64,000 nucleotides of DNA from Hyaloraphidium curvatum SAG 235-1 (taxonomy: Eukaryota; Fungi; Monoblepharomycota), in the NCBI GenBank assembly GCA_025558095.1, contig JAIVFI010000040.1, positions 310,001 to 374,000 of the forward strand, written 5' to 3'. The translations under genes and the position numbers were made by a program. Below are positions 44,008 to 55,317 of this stretch, piece after piece (position 1 is the stretch's first letter; every line of letters starts with the position of its first letter). The notes beneath the pieces are model-generated. The model ran no database searches, was not told where the DNA came from, and saw only the letters and a program-made list of their open reading frames with translations.

Positions 44008-47000
44008 ATGCCGGTCGAAGGCAGCGGCGGCTCCGCGCAGGGTCGCGTTATCCTTCCGACACTGTGCAAGCCTGTCCATTATGACCTGGTGCTCGAGCCG
44101 GACTTCGGGACGTTCAAGTTTGACGGACGCGTCGCCATCGAGTTGGTGTCTCGTGCAGGCCATCGGATGCCGCCGCAGCCCTCCTGACGGGTCGTTCGCG
44201 GTGCTAGACTCGCTGTTCTCAAGCCTACTTCGGAGATCGTCCTGAATGCTACCTACCTCAAGGTCCACTCTGCGAAGCTCACTTCGGAGAGCGGCAAGTC
44301 GGAACTCAAGTGGGCCAGGGCCGCCATTCGGCCCGTCGGCGCGTCTCATTCTTCTCTCTCCATTGGCGTTCTTTGCGAACTGCAGCCAGGAGGCCACCGG
44401 GATTGAGCTGTCTGCCGCGGACGAGACCTGCACTCTGAAGTTTGCCAGCGAGCTCCCCGCGAACGCCAAGGGGCTTCTGACGATCGAATTCACTGGCGAG
44501 CTCAATGACCAAATGGCGGGTTTCTATCGAAGTGGCTGGACGGACGCTCAAGGTGTCAAGAGGTGAGCTTTGAGTACTGTTCGGCGCCGACGGAGCTGAA
44601 CACATCGGCCTTCAAGGTGGATGGGTGTCACCCAATTCGAGTCTACCGACGGTTCGCTCTCTTCATTGATTGGGCCTTCAGCATCTCATTTCGCCCCTCG
44701 TACCCAACTTAGCTCGGCGTTCCTTCCCGTGCTTCGACGAACCCGCTCTCAAGGCCACGTTCGACATTTCCTTGGTGGTGGACGCGGATCTGACCGCTAT
44801 CTCCAACATGAACTGTGTCGAAGAGAAAGCGCTCGAGGAAGGCTGGAAGCTGCTCCCCTCAGGGGCGTCCAGCAAGGGACCGGACGCCAAAGGACCCGAT
44901 TCCAAAGGACCCGATGCCAAGGGACCGGACGCCAAAGGTCCTGACGCGAAGGGCCCCGATGCCAAGGGACCGGAAGGAGGCCAGGCCACGGGAAAGGATG
45001 CCAAGGGACCAGAAGCGGCAAAAGGTTCCGAAAAGGGGCCCGCCGCGGCGCCAAAGAAGAAGCTGTTCAAGTTCGCGCGCACGCCGGTTATGAGCACATG
45101 TGGGACTAGTACCCCACCCGTGGTTCCCTGCTCACAATCACCGACTTCACAGACCTTGTGGCTTACGCCGTCGGCCCCTTTGGGTACGTCTCGAACGCCG
45201 ACCCCGGTCACAAACGCGAATCGAATATCGACGTCCGCGTTTACGCCCCTGCTGGCATGGAGGGCCAGGGTCGGCTCGGTGTAGAGGTGACCGAGAAGAC
45301 GCTCAACTTCCTCGAGGACTTCTACGGCATCGCGTACCCGCTTCCCAAGTGTGACCTTCTCGCGGTGCCTGATTTCGGGGCCGGAGCGATGGAGAACGTG
45401 GGTCGATTGGCTCGCTATGTTTATTTCCGTTGACTTCGTCACAGTGGGGCTTGATCACCTATCGGACCGTCCTCCTCCTCTTCGATCCCGAGAAATCGAG
45501 CGCCAGGGCTCGGCAGAACATCACCTACGTCATTGGCCATGAGCTCGCACACCAGTGGTTCGGAAACATCGTGACCATGGCGTGGTGGACAGGTAGGATT
45601 GCTTTCCGGTCGGTCCCGATGTTTTTTGACCGCATCCGCCCCAAGATCTGTGGCTCAACGAGGGCTTCGCGACCTTCGTCGGTTGGCTGGCCGTGAACCA
45701 CCTGTACCCGTCCTGTTGGTTCGATTTGGCGGCATTGCCAGCTGTTGTCTGACCGTTTTTCCCCGCCAGGGAACGTGTGGACCATGTTCACTTCTGACGA
45801 TCTGCAGCGCGGCCTGGGCCTCGACTCGCTCCGATCCTCCCACCCTGTCGAAGTTCCCATCAAGGCGGCCTCCGAAATCCCGCAGATCTTCGACGCGATC
45901 AGCTACTCCAAAGGCGCCTCCGTCATCCGCCAGCTGGAGGGCTGGCTCGGTCCCGACGTCTTCGTCAAGGGCGTTCGTTCCTACCTGAACAAGTACCTCT
46001 ATGCCAACGCGACGACGGACGATCTTTGGCGCGAGCTCGCCGTCGCCAGCGGCAGGGACGTGGCCGGTGTGATGGGCCTTTGGACCCGGGAGACTGGCTT
46101 CCCTCTTGTGACGGTGCTGTCGGAGAAGGCCGAGGGAGGAAAGGTCACGGTCGAACTGAAGCAGGAGCGGTACCTTTCCACGGGCGACCTGACCAAGGAA
46201 GAGGACGAGAAGGGCGTCGTGATGATGATTCCGCTCGGACTGCTCACGGAGAAGGGCCGGATAGAGCCGCACGACCAGCTCCTGTCGACGAAAGTCGGCA
46301 GCGTGACCTTTGACATGGCTGCCGAAGGCTTCTTCAAGCTAAACGCCCACCAGACCGGATTCTACAGGGTCAAGTACTCGTCGCCGCAACTTGAGCGCCT
46401 GGGCAAGAACATCTCGAAGCTTGATTCAACTGATCGCGTCGGTCTGGTCGCGGATGCTTTCGCGCTTAGCCAGGCCGGCTACTCAACCACCGTGGACGCG
46501 CTGGACCTCGTCAAGTACTACGAGAGCGAGGAAGACTACGTGGTGCTCTCCGAGATCGCGTCTCGACTGGGCCAGGTCTCGGCCGCGTTCTACAGCGAGC
46601 TGGAAATCATCGAAAAGGGCGTCAAAGTCATATCTAGGAAACTGTTTTCGCGTCATGCGAAGAAGCTGGGCTGGGAATACCCCGCGGAAGAGAAGGGAGA
46701 CCACCTCCTTGCCCTGAAGCGAACGCTGGCCATTTCGCAAGCCAGCAAGGCGGACGACGAGGAGTGAGTTATCCGCCTTGCTGCTCTTCAATGTTCGCTA
46801 ATCAAGTTCTCGCGCAGAGTGATCAAGGAAGCCCAGCGGCGTTTCGACCTCTTCACGGACGAGAAAAACCCCGACCCGAATGCCATTCACCCCAACCTTC
46901 GCGGCGTCGTCTTCGCCACCGTGCTCAAGAACGCCGCGGACGTCGATTCTGGACGCGCGATCTTCGCCAAGATCATGAAGGTCTACAAAACCGCCGACAC

Positions 47001-47536
47001 CGCCGACCAGAGGCTGGCCGCCCTCGCAGCGCTGGGCGCCGTCAAGCAGCCGGAGCTCGTCGAGGACCTGCTCGGCCAGGTCCTCGACACCGACGTCGTC
47101 CGGCCGCAGGACACGATGTACCCCTTGAGCAGCCTCTGCAGGGAAGGCGCCGATCCGGCAAAGACCAGGCCGCGGTGAGTCAGGCTGCACTCCCTCTGCG
47201 AGCCCTTCCTCACCATCTTTCCCTGCCAGGGCATGGAAGTTTGTGCAGGACAACTGGGAGACTCTTTACACCCGATACCACAGCAGCCACTCCCTGCTCG
47301 GCCGGATGCTGCAGATCGCGGTCGAGGACATCACGTCGCCGGGCATCATCGACGAGGTCAAGGCGTTCGTGTCAGGAGAGGGCCTGCCGGAGGAGGAAAA
47401 GAAGAAGCGGCTGGAAGAGGTCAAGGGCATCCAGATGGGCGTGGCGCAGAGCTTGGAGAAGATCAAGGCGAACATGGCGTGGGTCGCGAGGGATGGGCCG
47501 GCGCTCAAGGCGTGGGTCGCCAAGGGCGGACTGTAA
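44008..47536 (+). CDS. APE2: M1 family (puromycin-sensitive / Ape2-like) aminopeptidase with ERAP1-like C-terminus
   Basis: [61 protein letters not shown] and [11 protein letters not shown]. Multiple introns. Confidence 0.95.
44874..44978 (+). repeat. 15-bp coding tandem repeat, ([15 protein letters not shown]) x7, inside the aminopeptidase
   Basis: aagggaccggacgcc aaaggacccgattcc aaaggacccgatgcc aagggaccggacgcc aaaggtcctgacgcg aagggccccgatgcc aagggaccggaagga. Confidence 0.9.
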
Positions 47537-47729
47537 GCATCCGTTGAGCTCGTGAATATCCTGAATCGTCAAAGAGCGTCCCGTGCCTATGGCGTGGTCA
47601 GCGCCAAGCCCGCGGCCGCCCGACGCCAACGGCGTTCGTGACGCGGCTGATCGATTGGCCCGCCGACGCAAAACGTCTCCCTCAATTGCCGCCCCCGCTC
47701 GCTGCCCCTGCTCGTCCGCTCAAAACACC

Positions 47730-49093
47730 ATGTCGAAGAAGGAGCTCGCCATCACGGAGCACACATTCACGGGCCCGCCGCGGGACGGGCATAATGGACA
47801 CACTACGTACTACCTAGCGGCCGGCCCCGAGAGCGGAACACCCTGCATCATGGTCCACGGCTGGCCCGAGAGGGCCATCTCGTGGAGGCACGTCATCCCC
47901 GTCCTCGCCGGACTGGGATTCCGCTGCTACGCGCCCGATATGCGAGGCTACGGGAACAGCTCGGTCTACAAGGGCAAGCACGATGATTACCGCCTGGAAC
48001 TCATTGTGAAGGACCTGCTGGAGCTTGCGGACCACGTTGGCGCGAGGAAGGCCGTCTGGAGTGGGTGGTAATCTTTGTTCCGCGGTGAACGAGGGGTTCA
48101 CAGTGCCCAACTTGGAAGTCGGTCACGACTGGGGTTCGCCGGCGGTCGGTGCCTTTGTCCAGCACCATCCCGAGAGAGTCCACGGAGCTGCTTTCCTCTG
48201 CGTGCCCTACTTCGCCAAAGGCATGGTGCCGTGCCCCGCCTTTTGGCATGCTCTAACACGATCTGGCGACAGGTTTCACCCCCGAAAACTTCCTGCCTCT
48301 CGTCGACCGCGACATCTACCCGGAGGACAAGTACCCTTGGGGACAGGTATGAAACGAGTGCTGGCTGCCAAAGCGTTTTATCTGACTCCCCTGGCGGCCC
48401 TAGTGGGACTATCAAAGAGAGTTCTCCAAACGTTTTTTGCTTCGTTTGTACTGACTTCTGCTCCTTTAGGATTCTACCAGGTCGACTTTGGCTCTAGCCA
48501 GCGCCTCTTCGAGAAGGACGTGGATCGCACCTTCAAGCTCTTCTTCCGCGCCGGCGATCCCTCCTTCAAGGGCCAGCCCGTGTACACGGCGACCATATGC
48601 GAGCAAGGCGGTTGGTTCGGCAATATTTCGGAGCTTCCCGACCTCCCGATCGACGAGAGCATCATCACCGAGGACGATCTCAAGGTCTTTGCCGACGGGC
48701 TCCGCCAGAACGGCTTCTTCGGTGCCGATTCGTGGTACATGAACCACGACCTCAACGGAGAGTACGCCAAGAAGGCGCCCAACGGTGGCATCCTCGACTT
48801 CCCCGTCTTGATGATCCATGCGCGTTACGACTGGGTTTGTGAATCCGCGGGCACCCGCCTTGCCGACCCCATGCGCGAGAGCTGCAAGGACCTGACCGAG
48901 TTTGTCGTCGACGCCGGGCACTGGTGGGTCCTCTTGCGCGTCTAGCCGACCAAACGCATGCTAATCGCCAGCTTCCGGCAGGATTGCCCAGGAGAAGCCG
49001 GCGCAGGTCTCGTCGGCGATCGCGCAGTGGCTCGCGAGGCGGCTCCCGGGGGTCTGGACCAAGGACGGGTCGGAAGAGATCACGAGGAAGTGA
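47730..49093 (+). CDS. soluble epoxide hydrolase-like alpha/beta hydrolase
   Basis: VHGWPE, APDMRGYG, W|IGHDWG, GQ|WDYQR|FYQ, SWYMN, RYDWVC and DAGHW|IAQEKP. Includes a GC-AG intron (48221-48272), a 13-nt exon (48404-48416) and an apparent GA-AG intron (48417-48469). Confidence 0.88.
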
Positions 49094-49239
49094 TGTGCGG
49101 TGTGCTGCAAACAGTGGATCGTTTCCAGAGAAAGAGGCGTTGATTGGGACGTGCTTGGCGCCGCCGGGCCCCGCCCCTCCACCTCGATCCTTTGAGACTT
49201 CCTGCCGGATCGCTGGCCACCACTCTTCTCCGTCGAACC

Positions 49240-49692
49240 ATGGAGGGCAGTCGCATGCCGCCGACGCAGCTCCGGCCGCACGCCAAGGACGCCCACCCCG
49301 AGGTGCCAACACTCTTCCAGCTCCTGTGCGAGCTCCTCCTCCCACGATGCATCCCGCCCGAACTAGTCCTCAAGATTCTCCCCCACCTGGAACCCCTCTG
49401 TCCGCACTGCCTCGTCCCGCACGGGCGCGAGCAGATCCCCTGCTCCGCCTGCGGCCTCGTTATGTCGGCCTGCGGAAGCCGCTGGGCACCGAACTGCCCG
49501 AAGTGCTCCCACCGGCAGTGCCACGTCTGCGAACGCGGCGCGGTGTGCGACGGCTGCTACCCCGACGAGGCGATGCTGAGGATAAAGGTGTGCTATACGT
49601 GCGGACAGCCGGCTTGCGTGGCGTGCTATGACATGTGGGAAGGGGACGTCGTGTGCAGGGCGTGCGGGGTGCTGTTCTACGGCATCGCGTGA
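49240..49692 (+). CDS. small Cys-rich protein (8 CxxC pairs) with an F-box-like segment
   Basis: CIPPELVLKILPHL followed by CPHC, CSAC, CPKC, CHVC, CDGC, CYTC, CVAC and CRAC. Confidence 0.7.
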   Translation: MEGSRMPPTQLRPHAKDAHPEVPTLFQLLCELLLPRCIPPELVLKILPHLEPLCPHCLVPHGREQIPCSACGLVMSACGSRWAPNCPKCSHRQCHVCERGAVCDGCYPDEAMLRIKVCYTCGQPACVACYDMWEGDVVCRACGVLFYGIA

Positions 49693-49864
49693 GCGATAGG
49701 GGCGTTGGCAATGCGGCTTCGGGTCTCGCAGGCGAACATTGGACCTTGATCTCCTCGTCAAGGCCGTGAACCGGCGCGGAACTGCAGCGAATCGCCCATC
49801 TATTCCCGCTCTCCCTCCCGCCGAACTCTCTGCTTCCTCCAACGGCGCTTTGGGATTCGCCGCT

Positions 49865-51321
49865 TTACGGCTTCTTGACCTTGGGCACTAGCTCAGTCTC
49901 AATCTTCTTGATGAGGGCATCCTGGTGCGGCTGCAGGTCCTGGCCACCGCAAGCCTTGAACATACCTTCGGAATCGTGCGTCAGCGGCCGTCTCGTTCGC
50001 CCGGGACGTGGCACGTACCGGCATAGAACCCGTCGACCACGTCGGTCTTGATCCCGGTCATCTCCTCCAGCGTGGCGATCCCGCAGAAGGGCACGTAGAC
50101 GGGGCTGTAGCCGCCCTCGTGCACCATGGCCACCTTGCCCCCGCAGACCTCGTCGGCGACGGCCAGCATCAGCTTGGTCATCTCGCGGTACGTCTCGGAG
50201 GTGGCCATCTGCCGGCCGAGGGGGTCCATCACGCTGGCGTCGAAGCCCGACGAGATGAGGATGATCTCGGGTTGGTACTGGCGGATGGCGGGGACGACGA
50301 TGCGCTCCACGGTGGAGACGTAAGCGCCGTGGCCGGAGCCGGGCGGCAGGGGGACGTTAATGTCTTGGGGAAAGGAAGTCAACAGAATGGTCGCGGGTGC
50401 CGGGAAGAGACCCACTGTAGCCCTCGCCAGCGCCCTCGCCGTTCTCCTCGACGAAGCCACAGTCCTGCGGATAGTACCTGGCGGGGCGTGGCGGTCAGGC
50501 CGACATTTGAGCTCCGAAAGCCACCACAACGAACCTGTCCTGGTGAATGGAGATGAACAGCACGCCGGGGTCGTTGTAGAAGGCCTTTTGGGTGCCGTTT
50601 CCGTGGTGCACGCTGGTCGAGCAGATCAGACCCCGTGACCACAGCAAGGATGGGGGGGGGAAAACTTACTCCCAGTCAAGGATGGCGACCCGCTTGAGGC
50701 CGCGCACCTTCCTGGCGTGCTCGGCCGCGATCACGACGTTGCTGAAGATGCAGAAGCCGCGGCCCTGGGAGGCCTCGGCGTGGTGCCCAGGGGGGCGGTT
50801 GAGGGCGTACTGGGGTCCGGCGGCGGGGCCATCAGCGCGGCCAGGTGGTGGCGTCAAGTGCCACCCACGATGTTGTCGACAACGCCGTCAAGGACGGCGT
50901 CCACGGCGGCGATGCACGCCCCCGCGGAGAGCTTGGCGATCTCGTACGAGTTCTTGCCCACGGGCGCGAGCTCGCCCGCGTCGCCGAAACCGGCGTCCGA
51001 CAGGGCCTTGACCTTGGCCATGTACTCGGCGGGGTGGTAGTACTGGATCTCCTTGTCGGTCGCCTCGCGCGCCTTGACGTGGACCAGCGAGTCGAAGAGG
51101 CCGGTGACCTCGACGAGGTTGCGGAAGCGGCGCTTGGAGGCGGGGGACTCGAAGTGCAGGTCGGGCTCGTTGTACTCGCCATTAGAGGGCAGGAAGCCCT
51201 GCGCGCAAACGGGGGTCAGACGGCGAGGCGTAAGGCAACGACGGGAGGCACATACCGTGGCGACGCCGGTGTTGTGCCACATGAAGCGCTCCTCCCAGAT
51301 GAAACCTGTCTTGCGGGGCAT
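49865..51321 (-). CDS. class II histone-deacetylase-family amidohydrolase (bacterial HDAH-like), multi-exon
   Basis: [74 protein letters not shown] and HEGGY. Last exon ends VKKP*. Confidence 0.92.
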
Positions 51322-52212
51322 CGTTGCGGGGCGCGTGCGGGGGGGTTCGTGCGACGTGCGCGTGTGGTTGGGAGGGGTTTGATATGCCGCGGGACGCGTG
51401 CCGAGGCGGGATGCGGGCCGGTTGGGCAAGGGAGACACGGGAGGCGTTGGCCGGAGCGGAAAGTGATGGCAGGCGCCGATGCCGCCGTTGATCGACGAAC
51501 CGAACCGTTCCGTGTGGCAAGGGGACCAATAGGAGGCAACGAACATCTACAACTGGTTGATTTCAGATGTATTTGAGCTACTGACTCTGATCTGAGGACG
51601 AGATGGTCCGGTACGAACGCGAGCCTGATCACGTGCCGGGCTCTTGCCCTGCCGCTGCCCATCCGCCCCTGCTGCGGTCCAAACCTCCTTCCAAGTGCGG
51701 AGACTGTTGTTAGATGCTGCCGTGATAACTTTCATTGATTTTCCGATGACCTTCTATGGTCGTGCGTTTGATCGATTTTGGGAGGACGTCTCACCAGCCG
51801 CCGGGGCCCGGGGATCGCTCTGTCGCTTTTCGGCACGCCCCTGCTCCGCTCCATCAGCTCCGGTCATTGCCGGAGCAGCATGGCGCCTAATTCAGGCGGG
51901 CGACCCCGGGGGTCGCGGGGGCCGATGGCGAGGGATGAGTTGGAAAGGGCGGCGGGCAGCGGCGGGGCGCAGCAGCCGGTCAACGGACTCGAAGTCCGAC
52001 TGCGGACCGCCGCAGCTCTCCACGCTCCCCCGCGCCACTCCTGCGGCGGCTCCGTGTGCCCTGCCGACCGGCGATTCGCTGCTGAGACTCCGCCGGCCGG
52101 AGCGAGTGGAGCGGCGGAGTGCCCCGCCGGGACCGCAACGCCGCCGACGCCCGGCCGCGCACCGCACGGCAGCGCGAGCCCGCGCCCCCCCCGCCGCCCC
52201 CCTGCCGCTGCG

Positions 52213-54194
52213 ATGCACGCTGAGGCAGCCATGCCACGCCGATCCCGCCCCGCGCCGGCCGCGGGCGCTCGCCCGGCGCTCCTCGCCCTCGCGCTGGCCG
52301 CCCTCGCAGCGCTGCTGGCCCTCGCGGGCCCCGCTGCCGCCCAGCTGCCCGTAAACTGCCCCGTGACCGCCGGGCAGTACGATCCCAATGCGGACTACTT
52401 CCCGAACAAGGTCGCGCCCCGTGAGTGCCCCAGCGGGCCGGCGATCCGCGATCGCGGGTCGCCGCAGCACCCCCCCCTCTTCTGACCCCCCGTGAACCCC
52501 GATTAGGGATCGCGCAGTACCTGTCGGTCTCGTACCAGAAGTCGTACAAGATCCTGCGCAACTCGCTGCGCAACGAGACCTACGTCCTGTACATGTGCAA
52601 CACCCCGCGCCCGCCGCGGGACACGATCCCCGGCGTCGCGGCCAATGCCAGGCTCAAGTACTTCGAGATCCCGCTGAGCGACGTCGGGTGCTCTTCGCGG
52701 ACCGCCGTGACGTACCTCGAGGTGGGTTTCGCGGGTGGTTGGGGCGCTGCCAGGAGGGGGCGAGCGTACTGCTCTGAACAGTTAAGGCGGCGTTGGCACG
52801 GCCCGCACGGGAAGACCGATGGTGCGAGGACCATACTTTCGTCAGCCAAGATTCCAACGGACCCGCCCCGTTGGCCCTTTTCTGGACGAAAGCTGACCCC
52901 GTTCCCCCGAACAGCGCCTCGGCCTCCGCCCGGCGATCCGCTATGTCTCGTCGACCTCCATCATGACCTCGCCGTGCCTCCTCAAGATGGCGGCCGACGG
53001 GAACCTCCAGTCGTATCCCGCGCAGGGCAACGTCAGCGGCATCGACGCCAACTTTGCCCGCGGCCCCGGCCCGGCGCAGACCAACGCCTCGGTCGAGGAC
53101 ATCTCCATCACGCTGTCGGCGGTGTGGGAGGACACGCCGCTGCAGAAGTTCGAGTGGCTGCTCTTCATCTCGGCCTTCTTCAACCTCGAGTCGCAGGCCA
53201 CGCAGACCTTCCGCGACGTTTCGGAAGGCTACTCGTGCAACGCCGCCAACGTGCTCAAGCTGGCGGACCGCAAGCCCGTCGTGGCGTGGCTGACGGCGCT
53301 CGAGGACGGCACCTTTGTCACGGTGGACTGGACCTACAGGACCCAGCTGCTCCTGGATGCTGGTTAGTGCCGGGGAGTGTGATCGTCTCTACACGGGTCC
53401 GCTGACCTCTTTCCCCTTTCAAGGCGTCACGGCGCTAATCTCGCCCTCCGTCGCCCCCCTCGCCGACGTGCAGACGTCCATCATGGACGCCGACGTGGTC
53501 ATCGACGACACCACGGGCATCCAGTCGTTCGACGACTTCCTGACCGTCTACGGCCTCAAGGGCAACAACACCGGCATCTCGTCGCCGTTCAAGTTCCTCG
53601 CCACCAGGAGGGTGTACAAGACCGACAGGCGCCGGAACGGGTTCGGGATCGACGACTTTGCCCAGAGCAGCTGGGCGCAGCCCGACGTCGTCCAAAATGG
53701 TGAAGACCCCATCTTCCATTCCCCGTCCCTGTCTCACCCCATTTTGCCCGACAGACCTGATCAGCGTCCTCTGGCCGCAGTACCTCCGCGACTGGAACCC
53801 CGTCTACATGCGCAACCTCGCCTTTGGCGAGCAGTTCTCCCTCGTCACGGCCGCGCAGTGCCCCAACAACGACACCGCCTCGGCCACGCAGATCCCCACC
53901 GCCGCGTGCACCCCCATCACCGGGTCCGCGAGCAGCAGCGCCGCGTCGGGGAGCACGGGCGGCTCGTCGGTGCCCGTCGGCGCGATCGCGGGGGCGGTGG
54001 TCGGCGGCGTGGCGCTGATCGCCGGGGTTGGGGCGGGCGCGTACTTCTACCGCAAGAAGAAGGCGGAGCAGCCGGCAGCGGAGGAGGAGGCGCCGCGGAG
54101 CGCGGACACGAGGGGGTTCGTGCGGATGGAGGACGGGGGGGAGGTGATCCCCGCAGGGGCCGAGAGGGTGCTCGAGAGAAGGGGGACGAGGTAG
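52213..54194 (+). CDS. CBA1-like cobalamin-acquisition / helical-backbone substrate-binding protein, membrane-anchored
   Basis: Signal peptide, YDPNADYFPNKV, SVSYQKSYKIL, YVLYMCNTP, TAVTYLE|RLGL, PLQKFEWLLFISAFFNLE and DDFAQSSWAQPDVVQN-DLISVLWP. C-terminal TM followed by RKKK. Start at 52213 or 52231. Confidence 0.75.
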
Positions 54195-55317
54195 CTGGCC
54201 GCGACGAGGGCGAGTTGGAGTTCCAGGGAATATGTATCGGAAGATATTTCGATTTGTTGCTCTCTCTTTGCCTCACTCGTGGAGGCCCGCACGGCCACCC
54301 ATCCGCCGACATACTGGGGACAGGATGCCGCGATCACCCCCTCCGCCCGGTCTCGGCAATGGATGAACTGTGAGTCAGTAGCTCTTTGACATTGGTCGCG
54401 CGGTGTTTTCGAATCAGAAGAACTGGCATTGAGAATGTACACCCAAAGGCGAGACGGCCCCCCATTTCCCCCTTTCTAGGGTCTCCGAAAGAATCATATC
54501 CGCCTTTTCGACCATTGGAGGCGCGGCGATGAGCCTCTTTCGGTCGATGGACGCGTCGGCGGCCCTCTGTGGCAGCCCTGGGGCGAATTGCTCGCCGGAT
54601 CCAAGCGTGTGCTGAAGAGGGCAAAGCAGGCCGACGAGCGATGGAGCCGAGAAGAAGCAAGAGTTGCGAGATCTTCAAACTGCTGAAAACGCCTCGATGT
54701 GCCTCTTTCGGCCACTGAGCGCGTTGAGGGCCCTCCGCGGACGGCTCAGTGTCGTTCCCAAAGGTTCGGGGAATCTGCGCACGCGGGGAGCGGACGTCGT
54801 TCACACGTGCCGAGGCAACGCCTTTGCACATCGGGAGACAGGATTGTGGCGATTTGCCGGCGCCTGCGACGCCCGCCGACGGAGCACGTTTGCGGGAGGC
54901 TGACGGGGACGCCTTGCGATGAGGTGGTCTCGGCAGGTCACGGATCGTGTGATTGCAGCCGCAGAGGCAAACTTTTGCTTCTTTCTCGCTCCATGAAAGT
55001 CCCATGCTCCCGTAATCGAAGAAGGACGGATCGCCGCGCTGCTGAGGCTTTTGCCATACGTCCAAGCGATCGAGAGGGACTACCTCAAGAACTCCGGCCG
55101 GAGCGCGCTCACCCGGTGCCTCAAGCCGCCGCCGGCGGGAAGCGGGCGTTCAGGAGCTGGATGCTATGCTGGAACCTCGGCGACGGGAGCGCTTGATTTG
55201 TCTGATGTGTCGGAAGCCGTCTCTCGCTGGTGCATGGAAGAGAGGTCGTCTCTCGGCAGGCGGCAGGGCCTCGCAACGCCCTCCCATCCCTCGTTCCGCC
55301 CCGCACCCGCTCCCGCG

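Noticed and set aside
44874-44978. Short direct repeats as a possible CRISPR array
   Set aside because: They are contiguous 15-bp coding units without spacers, in a eukaryotic gene.
54400-55300. Intergenic stretch with coding-like patches (e.g. IAALLRLLPYVQAIERDYLK)
   Set aside because: No coherent gene model or family assignment is possible by eye.
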